In this document: piece after piece, positions 28,094 through 42,025 of the stretch | Position numbering within the stretch: position 1 is the first letter of the stretch | Layout of the letters: each line of letters opens with the position of its first letter | Assembly (NCBI GenBank): GCA_964016885.1 | Contig: OZ024741.1 | Coordinates: 271,250,001 to 271,314,000 of the forward strand | Length of the DNA stretch: 64,000 nucleotides | From: Eledone cirrhosa | Taxonomy: Eukaryota | Direction: 5' to 3' | The notes under the pieces: generated by a model | What the model saw: only the letters and a program-made list of their open reading frames with translations | What the model was told of the DNA's origin: nothing | The model's database searches: none | Program-made: the position numbers and the translations under genes

Positions 28094-28857
28094 TATATAT
28101 TGTTATACTTGGGGAGGGTCATATTGTTGTAATAATATTGCCAGAATTAATAACAGAACACACTCACTGTTTGGTTGGTTTTCGCTTCTGTTTCTTTTAC
28201 ATCAGTTAATTCATTCGGTCCTCAATGTTTACCATTGACAGACCAACGGTCAAAAATACAGATATAATATAGACACAAACACATATATATAGTCTAACAA
28301 AGTTCTTTCATTGCACATCTGCAGCATCGTCAGTGGTGCTATTATGTTCCTCCTGTTGTATTGTATGCCTACGCCATCTTTATTTAGTCTGTTTATTTAT
28401 TTATTTGTCTTCTCTGCGCATGCGTTTGCGTGTGTGTATAGTGTTTGGTGTGTGTTCGCGTTTGGGTGACTGTGTTTTGGTTATTGTATTCTATCTTAGT
28501 TTACTAGTGTGTGTTTATATGTGTTTGTTGTTATTGTGCTTGTGTATATATTTATTACATACATATATTGAGCCGATTGAACGGTATGGTTGCGGGGGGG
28601 GGGGGGCATGTGGGATGCGATCGTGATCGAGGTGGTGGTGGTGGTTGTCGTCGTCGTCGTCGTGATGGAGCTGGACTATGAGAGAGAGAGAAAGTGGACG
28701 AAAGACGGAAGACGGAAGAATATATTTGAAAATTTTGTCTGGGAGATAAAAGTCACGATAATATAGTCGTACACACATATATATACATACATACACACAC
28801 ACACAGACACACACATATGTACGCATACATGTACACACACACAATCACGGACGCATA

Positions 28858-28891
<34 letters not shown>

Positions 28892-29199
28892 TACATACCC
28901 ACACATGTATGCACACATATACACATACATATACATATACCCACACATGCATACACGCACACATACACACACACGCATATCCATACGCACTCACACATAC
29001 ACACACGCACATACTCATACACACACACACATATATACACACACATATATACACACACATATACACATACACACTTATATACACACCTACATTCACGCAC
29101 ACACACATACACACACACACACACATACACACACACACACACTTGCCGACTTCTTTTTGCCTATGAGACTGTTACTGTCTCAAGTTGTTTTTCGCCAGA

Positions 29200-29395
29200 T
29201 CGGAGATCAGAGATCAGACACCAGAGATCAGAGATCAGTGACCAGAGATCAGAAACCAGAGATCAGAGATCAGAGACCAGAGATCAGGGACCAGAGACCA
29301 GAGATCGGGAATCAGAGATCAAAGATCAGAGATCGATGATCAGAGATCAGTGATCAGCGATCAGTGATCAGAGATCAGAGACCAGAGATCAGAAA
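29200..29395. repeat. 7-bp tandem repeat (cagagat/cagagac)
   Basis: Direct inspection. Confidence 0.9.
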
Positions 29396-29424
29396 TTAGT
29401 TTCCAAGGTCCCCACACTCATGTC

Positions 29425-29585
29425 AATACTGTGTGGTCAAAGACTTCGCCACATAACCACGTGGTTCTGGGTTTAGGCGTGCTGTGTGGCGCCTTGAGCA
29501 AGGGTCTTTCTACTTTACCCTTAGTTTGACCAATGTCATGTGAGTGGAATATGGTAGGCGGAAACTGCAGAAGTCCGTTGTATAT
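29425..29585 (+). mobile_element. SINE, second family
   Basis: Degenerate tRNA-like head, ccttgagcaag body, tail gtgagtggaatatggtaggcggaaactgcagaagtccgttgtata. Confidence 0.55.
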
Positions 29586-29806
29586 CGTGGTTTATGATCA
29601 CTCAGAAGGGTAGTAAAGAGTGGTCTACTGGCGAGAAACAGAGTTGCTAGAAAAAGCAGTATATTTCAGCCTAATGTTTTACTCAACCATGAGGGAATAT
29701 AGGACAAATCATACAAGATACACACATATATACATACATAAGTATAAACACATATATAAGGTGTCCTTCCTTTACCAGTTTTTATGTACTGTTTTATGTA
29801 CTGATC

Positions 29807-29816
29807 TTGTTGTTGA

Positions 29817-29850
<34 letters not shown>

Positions 29851-29892
29851 CTTCTTCTTCTTCTTCTTCTTCTTCTTCTTCTTCTTCTTCTT

Positions 29893-29923
<31 letters not shown>

Positions 29924-29946
29924 ATAATAATAATAATAATAATAAT
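29807..29946. repeat. Compound (GTT)n(CTT)n(AAT)n microsatellite
   Basis: Direct inspection. Confidence 0.95.
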
Positions 29947-30382
29947 GATTTCAAATTTAGACAGCAATTGGAAAAGAAGAGGAAAGTCGATTAAATCGAC
30001 CACGATACATTACTGGTACTTTATTTTATCGACCCCGTTAGGATAAAAGACAAAGCTAACCTCGGAGGGATTTGAACTCAGAACGCAAAGGGACATAGCT
30101 AAATGTCACATGCATTTAGATTATGCCAAAATTATTATACTATTTTAAAATGCAACGCTTTTAGTAATCTCTTAAAACGTTACAATAATATTTTTAAGGT
30201 TGTAAAACCAGGGGAATTAACTGCAAAATAATTCTGGTAGATTTATTTCCCTTGGCAAGTTCAACACAATTGTTTGATTACACGGGACAATTAGCTGAAG
30301 ATAGAGACAAGAAAATTGAAAGTTACTTCACACTAATTAACTGAAATATAAAACATAGACACTGCCTTAAATGTATTAAAGA

Positions 30383-30458
<76 letters not shown>

Positions 30459-30541
30459 GTTATTCCGGGTTGAATCGGAGGTAACCACAGTAAGTAAGGT
30501 ACTCAATACATAGCAGAGTATAAAAGTTTTAATATAGATGA

Positions 30542-30590
30542 GATTCTACAGGACTAGAACTGTTTCATTCATTAGAAATCATCAGGAATC
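30542..30590 (-). ncRNA. Type I hammerhead motif, family F (element 30457-30597)
   Basis: gattc-CTGATGA-tttc.taat.gaat-GAAA-cag.ttctagtc.ctg-TA-gaatc. Confidence 0.75.
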
Positions 30591-30654
30591 CCTGATGTAT
30601 ATATATATTATTCAAAATATTAATAAATGAAGACGTTCACATAATCAAAATATG

Positions 30655-30717
30655 TTTTATTATATATATTTCGGAGGTACTGTGGTGTTTTTTTCAGTAC
30701 GTCCTCATCAGATAAAA
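30655..30717 (-). ncRNA. Type I hammerhead motif, family A (element 30607-30958)
   Basis: ttttat-CTGATGA-ggacgtactg..cagtacctcc-GAAA-tatata-TA-ataaaa. Confidence 0.82.
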
Positions 30718-30954
30718 TACATAAATTGATGTTCGAAATACCTCAACTGTGCTGATGGTCTAATTTCTGATTTATGACAACAAAACTCTATGTTTATATA
30801 CCACAAGAAGGAATAACATGACAAACTAACGAACATCTTCATTTATTAATATTTTGAATAATATTAATAACTCCAGAAAACTTCTTTATTGAGTGCTTTG
30901 AATCTATTGTAAAACTATATTCATTGAGTAATCAATGAACCTTGTTAACATTTG

Positions 30955-31011
<57 letters not shown>

Positions 31012-31017
<6 letters not shown>

Positions 31018-31676
31018 GGAAGCAGAAAATTGCTTTTTGTGATCCAGTTTGTGGTTAAAAAAGTCAGTTTCATGGATGGTTTCAACGTACGGTTAGGGGT
31101 AACTCCACAAGTTTGTAAGAACTCCGTTCAATCTTGGAGTATAAAGTATAAAAGAGAAAACACAGGTAAGCATTAAGAGAAGGATTTTATCCAGGTATTT
31201 ACGACCGTTTCATTGGTAAGTGCAACCTTATATTGCTATACTGCAAATAGCAGCCACTCAATTATAATTGTTGTTCACAGTCCAAATTTTCAAAATAGTG
31301 AGTAAGTTACTCTTGAAATAGTTCTTAATATCTAGAGAAAAACAATTATTTGGAATTGTATTTAGAAGGTGAGGAGACAAACGGAATAGTATAGAGAGAG
31401 AGGAAGGGGGAAGAGTTAGGAAGTAGAGTGACAAACTATTCCGTTTGTCTCCTCACCTTCTAAATACAATTCCAAATAATTGTTTTTCTCTAGATATTAA
31501 GAACTATTTCAAGAGTAACTTACTCACTATTTTGAAAATTTGGACTGTGAACAACAATTATAATTGAGTGGCTGCTATTTGCAGTATAGCAATATAAGGT
31601 TGCACTTACCAATGAAACGGTCGTAAATACCTGGATAAAATCCTTCTCTTAATGCTTACCTGTGTTTTCTCTTTTA
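31012..31676. mobile_element. Fold-back element family D: 242-bp inverted arms (31149-31390 / 31435-31676) plus tail
   Basis: Arm coordinates sum identically at both ends; 44-bp purine-rich spacer; (TA)n flanks. Confidence 0.85.
31528..31629 (+). ncRNA. Hammerhead motif, U3-A8 variant, long stem II (mirror at 31196-31297)
   Basis: tatt-TTGAAAA-tttgg...ccaat-GAAA-cggtcg-TA-aata. Confidence 0.55.
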
Positions 31677-31854
31677 ATATATATATGTATGTGTACCTGT
31701 ATGCATATGTATGTATATGTGTATATATATATATATATGTGCATGCTACTGTACGTCTGTATACATATATGTATGTACGTATACATGCATACTTACATTT
31801 AAGTAAGTGCCATACTAAGAGTGAGAAATGAAATTTCGTTTTCATTTTGTTTCA

Positions 31855-31888
<34 letters not shown>

Positions 31889-32006
31889 AGGTGTATTTTG
31901 GTTGTGTAAAACGGTCCAATAAATTTATGTTAGCAATATTAAGTTCTCCACGTTTTTGTATATCTCCAATTCCATTCAAGGGAACATATATATATATATA
32001 TATATA

Positions 32007-32336
32007 TAGTGAAAGATTGAAGAATAACATGGTCAGCTGTACAACAAGGGGTTTTATTTCATGTATTAACAATTTTTTCATTAAATACAGTGTTTACCTC
32101 TGATCCAATTGTTAATACTTGAAATAAAACCCCTTGTTGTACAGCCGACCATGTTATCCTTCAATCTTTCACTATTATTACTCCAAGTATAACCTGCATA
32201 GGAATTCTCGCGAACTCGTTGCCAAACTAAAGAAACCTCTTGTTGAGTCAAACAAAGCCGTGCGTTAAAACTATCTACAATACAGAGTACTCACAACCTC
32301 TATTTGGATTACCTATAACGATAACTTGTTATCCCA
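32007..32336 (+). mobile_element. Fold-back mini-element family E
   Basis: Arms ~32007-32075 / 32108-32175, then tail; (TA)n flanks; no complete hammerhead seen. Confidence 0.65.
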
Positions 32337-32340
32337 TATA

Positions 32341-32728
32341 TATATTAAAATACAAATATTAATAAAATAGATGTTCTTTTGATCAATTACATTTTATTAT
32401 ACATATCGGATGTACAACAGTACGTCCTCATCAGACAAAATATAATGATACATGACATACCCTGAGATGTTAAATGGTTAAGATTTAATGATTAAATCTT
32501 AACCATTTAACATCTCAGGGTATGTCATGTATCATTATATTTTGTCTGATGAGGACGTACTGTTGTACATCCGATATGTATAATAAAATGTAATTGATCA
32601 AAAGAACATCTATTTTATTAATATTTGTATTTTAATATAAATAACTCTGGAAAATTATTTTCCGTAGAGTGCTTCCAATCTACTGTAAAACTAATTCTTT
32701 GATATACTCATTGAATCTTGTTTAACTC

Positions 32729-32732
<4 letters not shown>
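32341..32732 (+). mobile_element. Family A element: 299-bp palindrome centred at 32490; hammerhead lacks intact GAAA
   Basis: 32341 pairs with 32639; core reads CTGATGA..tcc-GA-tatgta-TA in both arms. Confidence 0.85.
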
Positions 32733-32807
<75 letters not shown>

Positions 32808-32812
<5 letters not shown>

Positions 32813-33162
32813 AGATCAAAAGATGGTTAAAAGAGTTCCAAGTATTTTATTATGCGCATTTCAAAAACAAACATCATCATGGGATGATATCTGCGTTCTC
32901 ATCAGATAAAATAGGGAGACATGATATGAAGCTTAAAAAACACTTGTGAATAGTGAAGTTTTAAATCAACAAATGAAAAATAAATTAAGATTGATGTATG
33001 AGATTGGGAAAAAGTGAAATGCGCATAATAAAATACTTGGAACTCTTTTAACCATCTTTTGATCTTATATTATTTATACTCCAGTCCTACAAACTGTAGA
33101 GTGCTACTTATCCGATATTTGCATTGCTTTATTGTACTACAATAAAACTCACCCCCTACATT
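32808..33162 (+). mobile_element. Fold-back family B with hammerhead at 32843-32913 (-)
   Basis: tattttat-CTGATGA-long stem II-GAAA-tgcgca-TA-ataaaata; homolog 44015-44366. Confidence 0.8.
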
Positions 33163-33214
33163 ATATATATATATATATATACATAACGCAGGAAGAGTGG
33201 TAAGGAACCAGGTG

Positions 33215-33317
33215 GAAGAAGAAGAAGAAGAAGAAGAAGAAGAAGAAGAAGAAGAAGAAGAAGAAGAAGAAGAAGAAGAAGAAGAAGAAGAAGAAGAAGA
33301 AGAAGAAGAAGAAGAAG
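33215..33317. repeat. (GAA)n microsatellite
   Basis: Direct inspection. Confidence 0.95.
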
Positions 33318-33483
33318 CTCGCTTCGGTCGCTCTAGCTGTTTTTCTTGACTATAGCGTCCATCGGCTTCGCTGGGCTAAAGCCCCGCTCGGCTCGGAAGC
33401 TCTAGCTCTTGCTCTGTTGCTATAGCTTCCTTCGGCCTCGTTCTGCTAAAGCACCGCTTGCCTTGGAATCTCTATCGCTGTAT

Positions 33484-33700
33484 CTGGCTATGGCTGTATC
33501 ATGCATTGGCATCGCTGAGCATTGCCCCGCTCGCCTCGCAAGCCCTAACGTTGTGTGTCTAGCTATGGCTTACATTAGCATCGCTGAGCATTGCAGTGTT
33601 CGCCTCGCAAGCCCTAACGCATGGTTTATATTGGCATCGCTGGGCAATCCTCCGTTCGCCTTGCAAGCCCCAGTGTTGTGTGTCTGGCTATAGCTTACAT
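33484..33700. repeat. Degenerate ~60-75-bp tandem repeat (3 copies; a 4th at 34200-34262)
   Basis: gcatcgctgagcattgc..cgcctcgcaagccctaa recurs. Confidence 0.75.
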
Positions 33701-33748
33701 TGGCTATAGCAGTCAACTCATCATCGTCATGTATACACACAAACACGC

Positions 33749-33906
<158 letters not shown>

Positions 33907-33921
33907 GTGTGTGTGTGTGTA

Positions 33922-34200
33922 TATCTTTACTAAGGTCCGACTTCCACACCGATCTCAAGCTGTGGCACGCCGCCCAGGCTTTGCTCTTCCTCTCGACCAC
34001 ATCATCTTCCGTATTCCCAATCTTTGCTCCCAAATACAGGAAGTAGTCAACCAATTCTAGCGGCTTCCCGCCTACATTAGTTATCTTCCCTGGCTTCTTA
34101 ATATTCTCTACCAGATACTTCGTCTTAATCTCATTCATTCTCAGTCTCACACTCATCGACAGTCTCCACCCCCTGCATCAAATCCTCTGCCTCCTTCACT
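33922..34200 (-). mobile_element. LINE RT C-terminal fragment (RTE-like)
   Basis: LRMNEIKTKYL..LELVDYFLYLGA..RKSKAWAACHSLRSVWKS. Confidence 0.8.
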
Positions 34201-34269
34201 GGCTATGGCATGGCATGCATTGGCATCGCTGAGCATTGCCCCGCTCGCCTCGCAAGCCCTAAAACTCAA

Positions 34270-35199
34270 GAACCAACCAACCGACTTTTTTTAAAAACTT
34301 TACACATGTAATACTTATGGTCATGTGAGTGTTTTGAGCAAAAAATATTTCAAATGTTCAATGCACTTGGGACCGCATTAGGCGCCGGTTAGCGATCTCT
34401 CTATTTTTCTTAGTCTGTCTCTTTTTAGATAGATGCATAGCTATAACGTCACGCCCTTATAATATCTGTCTGTATGTCTGTATGTCTGCATTACGACATT
34501 ATGACAAATATTGTCCTCATTGCTGACGTATTATCTTCGCTATTTTCCATTCATTGCCAGGGAACGTCTTCACGAACCAAAGTATCGTATTCCTGTCTTC
34601 CTTCGGTTGCAGCGTTTTTCGAAATATTTACTTCTGCGTTCACAGATTGATTTTTTTAGTTTCAGAAGATCCCGTTAAGGGTGAAAGCAGCGATTCTTTG
34701 CTTAGACTTTAATCTGTTATTATAATATATATATATATAATTATATATTCGTGTACAGATATTTTTGCATACACAAAAACAAAATATAAACAAACGTATT
34801 TATTTTCATGAAAGCACAGACGGCTTATCGTCATTGTTACTGCCGATATGCCACCCAAAAAGTCCCACTACTTTTGGCACAAGGCCAGCAATTACATAGT
34901 CAACCGTTCGGAAATCACATGCATCACTGACGAGTTTACTCCTTACTCTACCAGTTAGTCTTAATGTACTTCATCCTGCTTTTAGGTCATGCCTCGAAGG
35001 AAGAGATACTCCATTGGCCGAAAAACTGCGAAAGCGGCACGCAAAAGAACAAGGCGGGTAAACGAATCGTCAGTGGAATCTGCTATTCGACGCTCGCAAG
35101 GCCGAGGTATTCCGTACTTCACTGTACTGTTTCAGAAAGGAGGGATAAACATGCCAATCTATGTTTAGCATCCCGAGCAACGCCGGGCCATTCTGCTAG
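34270..35199 (+). mobile_element. Probable non-autonomous Helitron (5' boundary uncertain)
   Basis: 3' end cccgagcaacgccggg hairpin + ctgCTAG|T at 35196-35199. Confidence 0.55.
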
Positions 35200-35649
35200 T
35201 ATATTCTATAATCCGTATTTTTACTTTACAATGTTATGGTTAATAACATACACAGAAATAGAGAGGATGTATTAACTTTTTTTATTTATTTGATATAAAA
35301 ATTAAATGATAGTATTGTAGTTGTGTGTGGGCGCCACTGTCTCTGCCTGGCAACAGAGAGTGGGAATCACATTGTTCAGCTTTCTACTCGATACTTAGGA
35401 AAGTAGAGTGTATGTATTGTGATTAGTTAGTGCCCAACGGCTGAACTCTAACCCTTTCGAAATGGCAACAACTCAACCGACGGACAGAAACTCATTACAA
35501 TATGTACATACATACAAATGTCTCTCTCTGTCCCACCTCTTTATCTCTCTCTCTCTCGAGTGCCCACTTCTCAAGTGTCCCCTCCTTCCGCTAACTGAAG
35601 TGGCTCTCAATTTGCTTATTATTATTCACATACTTTCAATTTGCTCTTG

Positions 35650-36270
<621 letters not shown>

Positions 36271-36659
36271 ATTTAATTATGTCACTGGTTTTAGTCATTA
36301 AACTGGACACTGGACATAAAGACATGTTAGTTGACCATGTTAGCTACTTATTTGTTACTGGACACACAGACACGCGTATGTGTGAGTTGGTCATCCGTCG
36401 GTTTCTACGAAGAGTGTTTCTGGTCATTGGGAACATCCTGCTCCTGACACTAATACGTGTACCATTAACGTAGTTCACGAGATTACATGACCGGTGACTG
36501 GATCTTGTTACTAGCTGAAATGGCTGAGTGGGCTGCATATATCTACCTACCTACCTACCTACCTACCTACCTACCTACCTACCTACCTACCTACCTACCT
36601 ACCTACCTACCTACCTACCTACCTACCTACCTACCTACCTACCTACATACATACATACA

Positions 36660-36690
<31 letters not shown>

Positions 36691-36711
36691 CATACATACA
36701 TACATACATAC

Positions 36712-37577
36712 AAATTGACCAATTTACAGAGAAAGTTGTGCATGGATACTTGAGGCGTAAAACACAGACCATAGAGGGGATAAACCACTCAAAAAGCCTG
36801 GCATGGAGTTCCGACAAGTTTATGACATCACACCTTGAGGGATATCTCTATGCAATACAGGAACAAGAACTCCCTACCAAATATCTGCTGCACAAAAGAG
36901 GAGGGCCAGCAGCTGACAATAAATGTAGGCTATGTAAAACAAAGATCGAGGATGTAAGCCACATTGTTGCCAGCTGCGAAAGAATGTCATCTCGCTACTA
37001 CCTCCCCATGAGACACGATGGGATAGCTAGAACTATCTGGAACGCACTTCGGAAAACAAAATTAACAACAAACGAGGAAGAATATATTGAGACAGATGGC
37101 ACTAAGGAATACTGGTGGAACCTGAAAATAAAAACTGCCACCAAATTAAAGCACAACCGGCCTGATATTGTAGTTTGGGACCACACATTGAAAACGTGTT
37201 CTGTTGTGGAGATCAGCTGCCCACTTGATGTAAACGTTGTCAGAAAAATACAGGAGAAGGAGGACATCTACGGACCATTGATGAGGAGCTTACAAATCCA
37301 GTATCCAAGATACACCTTTAGCTTCATACCCATCATTATTGGTGCTACGGGTTATATACCAACCCGCTTGGACCAAAGTATGACCGAACTTGGATTTGCG
37401 GACAAAAAGCGCAGCTCCCTAATTCATAGTCTACAAATGGCTGCGATAGCTGGCACCTTCAAAATATGCAAAACATTCTTGCGATTCAAGGGATGACAAT
37501 TTTTTTTCTTTTACAACCTTGCCACCAGGAAGGTGGCCGGTCAAAAAAATATACTCGAAATTAAGAGAAAGAGAAAA
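36712..37577 (+). mobile_element. R4/Dong-type LINE 3' fragment, second subfamily
   Basis: CRLCKTKIEDVSHIVASC knuckle, MRHD, HNRPDIVVWD..VVEISCP (RLE); ORF ends 37496; (CATA)n on both sides. Confidence 0.92.
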
Positions 37578-37621
37578 CATACATAAATACATACATACAT
37601 ACATACATACATACATACATA

Positions 37622-38238
37622 CAAGAGTACTGGTGGAATATTCCAGTAAAAACCCCAATAAAACGCAGGCATAACAGACCAGATATGATATGGGACAGGG
37701 AGAAGAAAGCATGCACAGTAGTGGAAATTAGCTGCCCAGCAGATGCCAATGTAATATCAAAGATTAGCGAAAAGGAGAATATTTATGCAGAACTGATGAG
37801 AAATCTGCAGATACTCCACCCTGATTACACCTTTAGATTTATGCCTGTGATTATTTGGGCACTGGGTTATGTTAATAACTGCCTTAATACAAATCTTGAG
37901 AAGCTAGGCTTCACAGGAACAGAAAGAACACAACTAGTTAGGAAATTACAAGTACAATCTATTAATGGAACAGTAAATATATGTAAAATATTCCAAAGAT
38001 TTTGCATCTAATAACTGCATATACACATGTACAGATACAAAACATATACACATATACACATACAACTCAAAACATACACTTCCACACATACAATAACGTC
38101 CATATCTACACATGCATGCATACATAATCTACCTAGTTGATGTTGTGTAAATTCCAATGAGAGAGTCTTGTGTCTATGTTAGAAACCGACTCTCTCTCTA
38201 TTGGGAAAAAATTTGTGAAATTATAAAACCAGAAGAAC
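37622..38238 (+). mobile_element. R4/Dong-type LINE 3' fragment
   Basis: Near-identical to 53006-53625; (CATA)n flanks. Confidence 0.92.
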
Positions 38239-38476
38239 ATACTTACATACATATATATATATACATATATACATACATACATACAAACATACATACATAC
38301 ATACATACATACATACATACATACATACATACATACATACATACATACATACATACACATGCATACATACATGCATACCTACCTACCTACCTACCTACCT
38401 ACATACATACATACATACATACATACATACATACATACATACATACATACATACATACATACATACATACATAAAT

Positions 38477-38988
38477 AGTGGCTGCCAACTCGTTTTCGAG
38501 TACGGCCACTACTTTATATCCATGTAGGAGAACCCCTACCGATGCGCTGAACGAGTGTGACTTTTTAGTCCAGCCAGCGACTTGAAAACTCTGGTACAAA
38601 CACTACACTTGTGACAATTATTGACGCATAGTGCTGGGCCCATGGCACCATGTGACGACAAGTGCAGAGAGATTTCCAGATATAAAGCAATGCCTGTGCC
38701 ATGAAGCTTTTATAGTGAACAAAGGCACTGCACAAAGCCAGTCCCACTCTCTAAACCAAGATGATATTTACCAAAAAGAAGAACAAGTCAACATCATTGG
38801 ATACCATCAGAGTTGCAGGTGTTATATCAGAGTTTTCCTTCTCCTAGAATTCTGCCTTGACAAAGGCTAAGGGGTCATCTCTCCCGGTGATTTTGGATGG
38901 CTATTGACTCTTAAGAGCTCCTTTGTCCTTTGACAGGTTTTGTTTTTAGTCCTGCAGGTTGTCCAAAGTCACCCGCCTCACCAAGAAA
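38477..38988 (-). mobile_element. RTE-derived non-autonomous element, 5'-truncated
   Basis: Reverse complement of 15640-16150. Confidence 0.8.
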
Positions 38989-39062
38989 CATACATACATA
39001 CATACATACATACATACATACATACATACATACATACATACATACATACATACATACATACA

Positions 39063-39180
39063 TGATGGCTGAAAACTCGCGCTAAGAGTACTGCAATCGC
39101 TTGTCAGATTCAGATGTGTGACGCTTGGATATGGCTTTTCAAGCCTGCTAGAGACTTGCACACCTTCGCACATTGGTATC
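39063..39180 (-). mobile_element. 3' end of a second RTE-like family
   Basis: YQCAKVCKSLAGLKSHIQASHI*, then short 3'UTR and (ATGT)n. Confidence 0.65.
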
Positions 39181-39219
39181 CATCCATCCATACATACATA
39201 CATACATACATACATACAT

Positions 39220-39825
39220 GATGGCTGCCAACTCGTTTTCGAGTACGGCCACTACTTTATATCCATGTAGGAGAACTCCTACCGATGCGCTGAACGAGTG
39301 TGACTTTTTAGTCCAGCCAGCGACTTGAAAACTCTGGTACAAACACTACACCTGTGACAATTATTGACACATAGTGCTGGGCCCATGGTACCATGTGACG
39401 ACAAGTGCAGAGAGATCTCCAGATATAAAGCAATGCCTGTGCCGTGAAGCTTTTATAGTGAGCAAAGGCACTGCACAAAGCCAGTCCCACTCTCTTAACC
39501 AAGATGATATTTACCAAAAAGAAGAACAAGTCAACATCATTGGATACCATCAGGGTTGCAGGTGTTATATCAGAGTTTTCCTTCTCCTAGAATTCTGCCT
39601 TGACAAAGGCTAAGGGGTCATCTCTCCCGGTGATTTTGGATGGCCATTGACTCTTAAGAGCCCCTTTGCCCTTTGACAGGTTTTGTTTTTAGTCCTGCAG
39701 GATGTCCAAAGTCACCCGCCTCACCAAGAAACCTTGGTGGGGTTGCCAGTTTAGTCGCCAACGACCCAACCATGAGACAGGTTGTACTGGGATACATGTT
39801 ACCAGTAGCACCAACTGGTGACCTG

Positions 39826-39826
<1 letters not shown>
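39220..39826 (-). mobile_element. RTE-derived non-autonomous element, full length
   Basis: Reverse complement of 15544-16153 with the same ends. Confidence 0.8.
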
Positions 39827-39858
<32 letters not shown>

Positions 39859-40569
39859 CATACATACATACATACATACATACATACATACATACATACA
39901 TACATACATACATACATACATACATACATACATACATACATGTGTATGAGTGAGAGAATGCATAACTATATAGATGTTTCAGCCTCTACAAAATATATAA
40001 ATATTTACGTTGGTAATTATATATGAGGGTTCAACAGTTTTTTTGTCAGTTTAATTTTCTATTGTTTTACCTTAAATGACACTTCAGGCCAGCTGCTGAT
40101 TCACACATTTAATGTAGATGATAGGATTTTGAGAGCAGGATGGAAGGTTTGATCGGATCTTGGAGTTAGATCCTAGATCACAAAGATGGACCAGACGAGA
40201 TAGTTCATAGTTCTTTATAGCTTCATGGCAGACAGTTCTCCATTTTCCACGGTCAGAGCTAGGGCTTCAAACGAAGTAAGAGGTATGTTCACAGATTTAA
40301 GATTGTACTTCAGTTCATCTTTATGTCTTAGTAATGGTCTGACTCCATTAGTCCACTCTTATTAAGATGACAGGGTGGTGGATTGGCAGTATCGGTAGAG
40401 TGTCAGACAAGGTGCTTTCCAGCAAAGAGTTCCGTCCTTTTCCGGTCTGAGTTCAAATCCCGCTGAGGTTAACTTTGCCTTTCATCCTTATGGGATCGAT
40501 AAAATAAAGTACCAGTAATGCACTGGGATAATTGCTGGCCTTGTGCCAATAGTAGAAACAATTATTAAG

Positions 40570-42025
40570 ATGACAGTATAGCAGTACATTGGGTGTGCCG
40601 TCTGAGTTAGGGTTGCATCAGAAATTATTCAATCCTACCGATGCTACACCTCTTGAAGAGATCGACATTGGAGATTCTGTCAGAAAGTGCATAACAACCG
40701 ATAGAGCGGAGACAATGTTTGTGGGAGACATTAAGTTTATAAAAGTGTTCATGATTCCGAGAGATATACAAGTGTTGTTAGTATACTGCACGATAAACTG
40801 CAACGTTTTCAGTGATATAACTCTGACATCCCATTAGAGGATGACGTCAGTACTTTGGAGGTGTGATTGGTGATCTCATGATCCAGGGACGAAGAGAGGT
40901 TCACCTTTCTGCCAAGGTAAGTAAAGGAGTTCACACACTTCAGATCCTTGCCATCAACAGTGATGGGAAGATGGCGATCCCCGAGCCCCGGCTGTCCTTC
41001 TGCCACAAAGGCGCACAAGAAAAGGGGACAATACAAAGACATATGGCGCAGATTTTACATAGAATCGTGTAAAAAGGTTTTAACATGAAAATATAACAAT
41101 CGAAATCCCCAATAGTGGAGATGCGTTACAAATGGGTTGTTTTATACCCCGTAGATAGAACAGCCCTCAACTCCAGGAGCATGTGCAAGTGCTCCTTTCT
41201 TCTTTTTGCTCTCTTCTTCAACTTACAGGTTTATATACAAAGAAGGCCCAATGTTTGTGGGGGATATCAAGCTTATAAAAGTGTTCATGATTCCGAGACA
41301 TATACAAGTGTTGTCAGTATCACTGCACGATAAACTGCAACGTTTTCAGTGATATAACTCTGACATCCCATAGACGATGGCGTCAATTCTTTGGAGGTGC
41401 GATTGGTGATCTCATGATCCAGGGACGCAGAGCGGTTTTCATCTCTGCCAAGGTAAGTAAAGAAGTTCACATACTTCAGATCCTTGCCATCAACAGTGAT
41501 GGGAAAATGGGGATGCCCGAGCCCCGGCTGTCCTTGTCCATCATTTTCTTCTTGTCTGGGAGAGTGGGGTTGACCTTAGCTGATGTATCACCCCAGTATT
41601 CTTAATGCTGATTGATAAAGAAAATACTTTACAGGCAAGTAAGAAGCTGTTGATCAATTGTTGTGCCTCTTCAAGGGATGTTGCAACAAGTGCAGCAACA
41701 GTAACAAACAGCAAACCATGGATAACACTTGTTCATATAAGTGTTTTAGCATTAAAACGCTGATGATTGAATATTCCGCCTGATGTACGGGATTCAAATG
41801 TGACACCAGTATCTAAGTCACCAAATGTATACTGGAACATTGCAGAGAATAAAGCAATGAGAACAGGAGCCATGACACAACCCTGCTTTGCTCCGTTTGG
41901 GACACCAAAGGGTTCAGAACATTCGCCAATTGACATAATTGAGGAAAATATATAACATTCAGCATATTGTCAGGTATGCCAAACTTTTGGAGGATTTTCC
42001 AGAGAGCTTTGCGATTATAATGCAA
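40570..42025 (-). mobile_element. Degenerate RTE-type LINE RT fragments, with 40720-41000 duplicated at 41255-41535
   Basis: ALWKILQKFGIP, GAKQGCVMAPVL, LKCVNSFTYLG, VYRAVILTTLVY. Confidence 0.8.
40998..41245 (-). mobile_element. 3'UTR fragment of a Tx1/L1-like LINE
   Basis: Homologous to 44454-44680, 47150-47430, 47743-47872. Confidence 0.65.
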
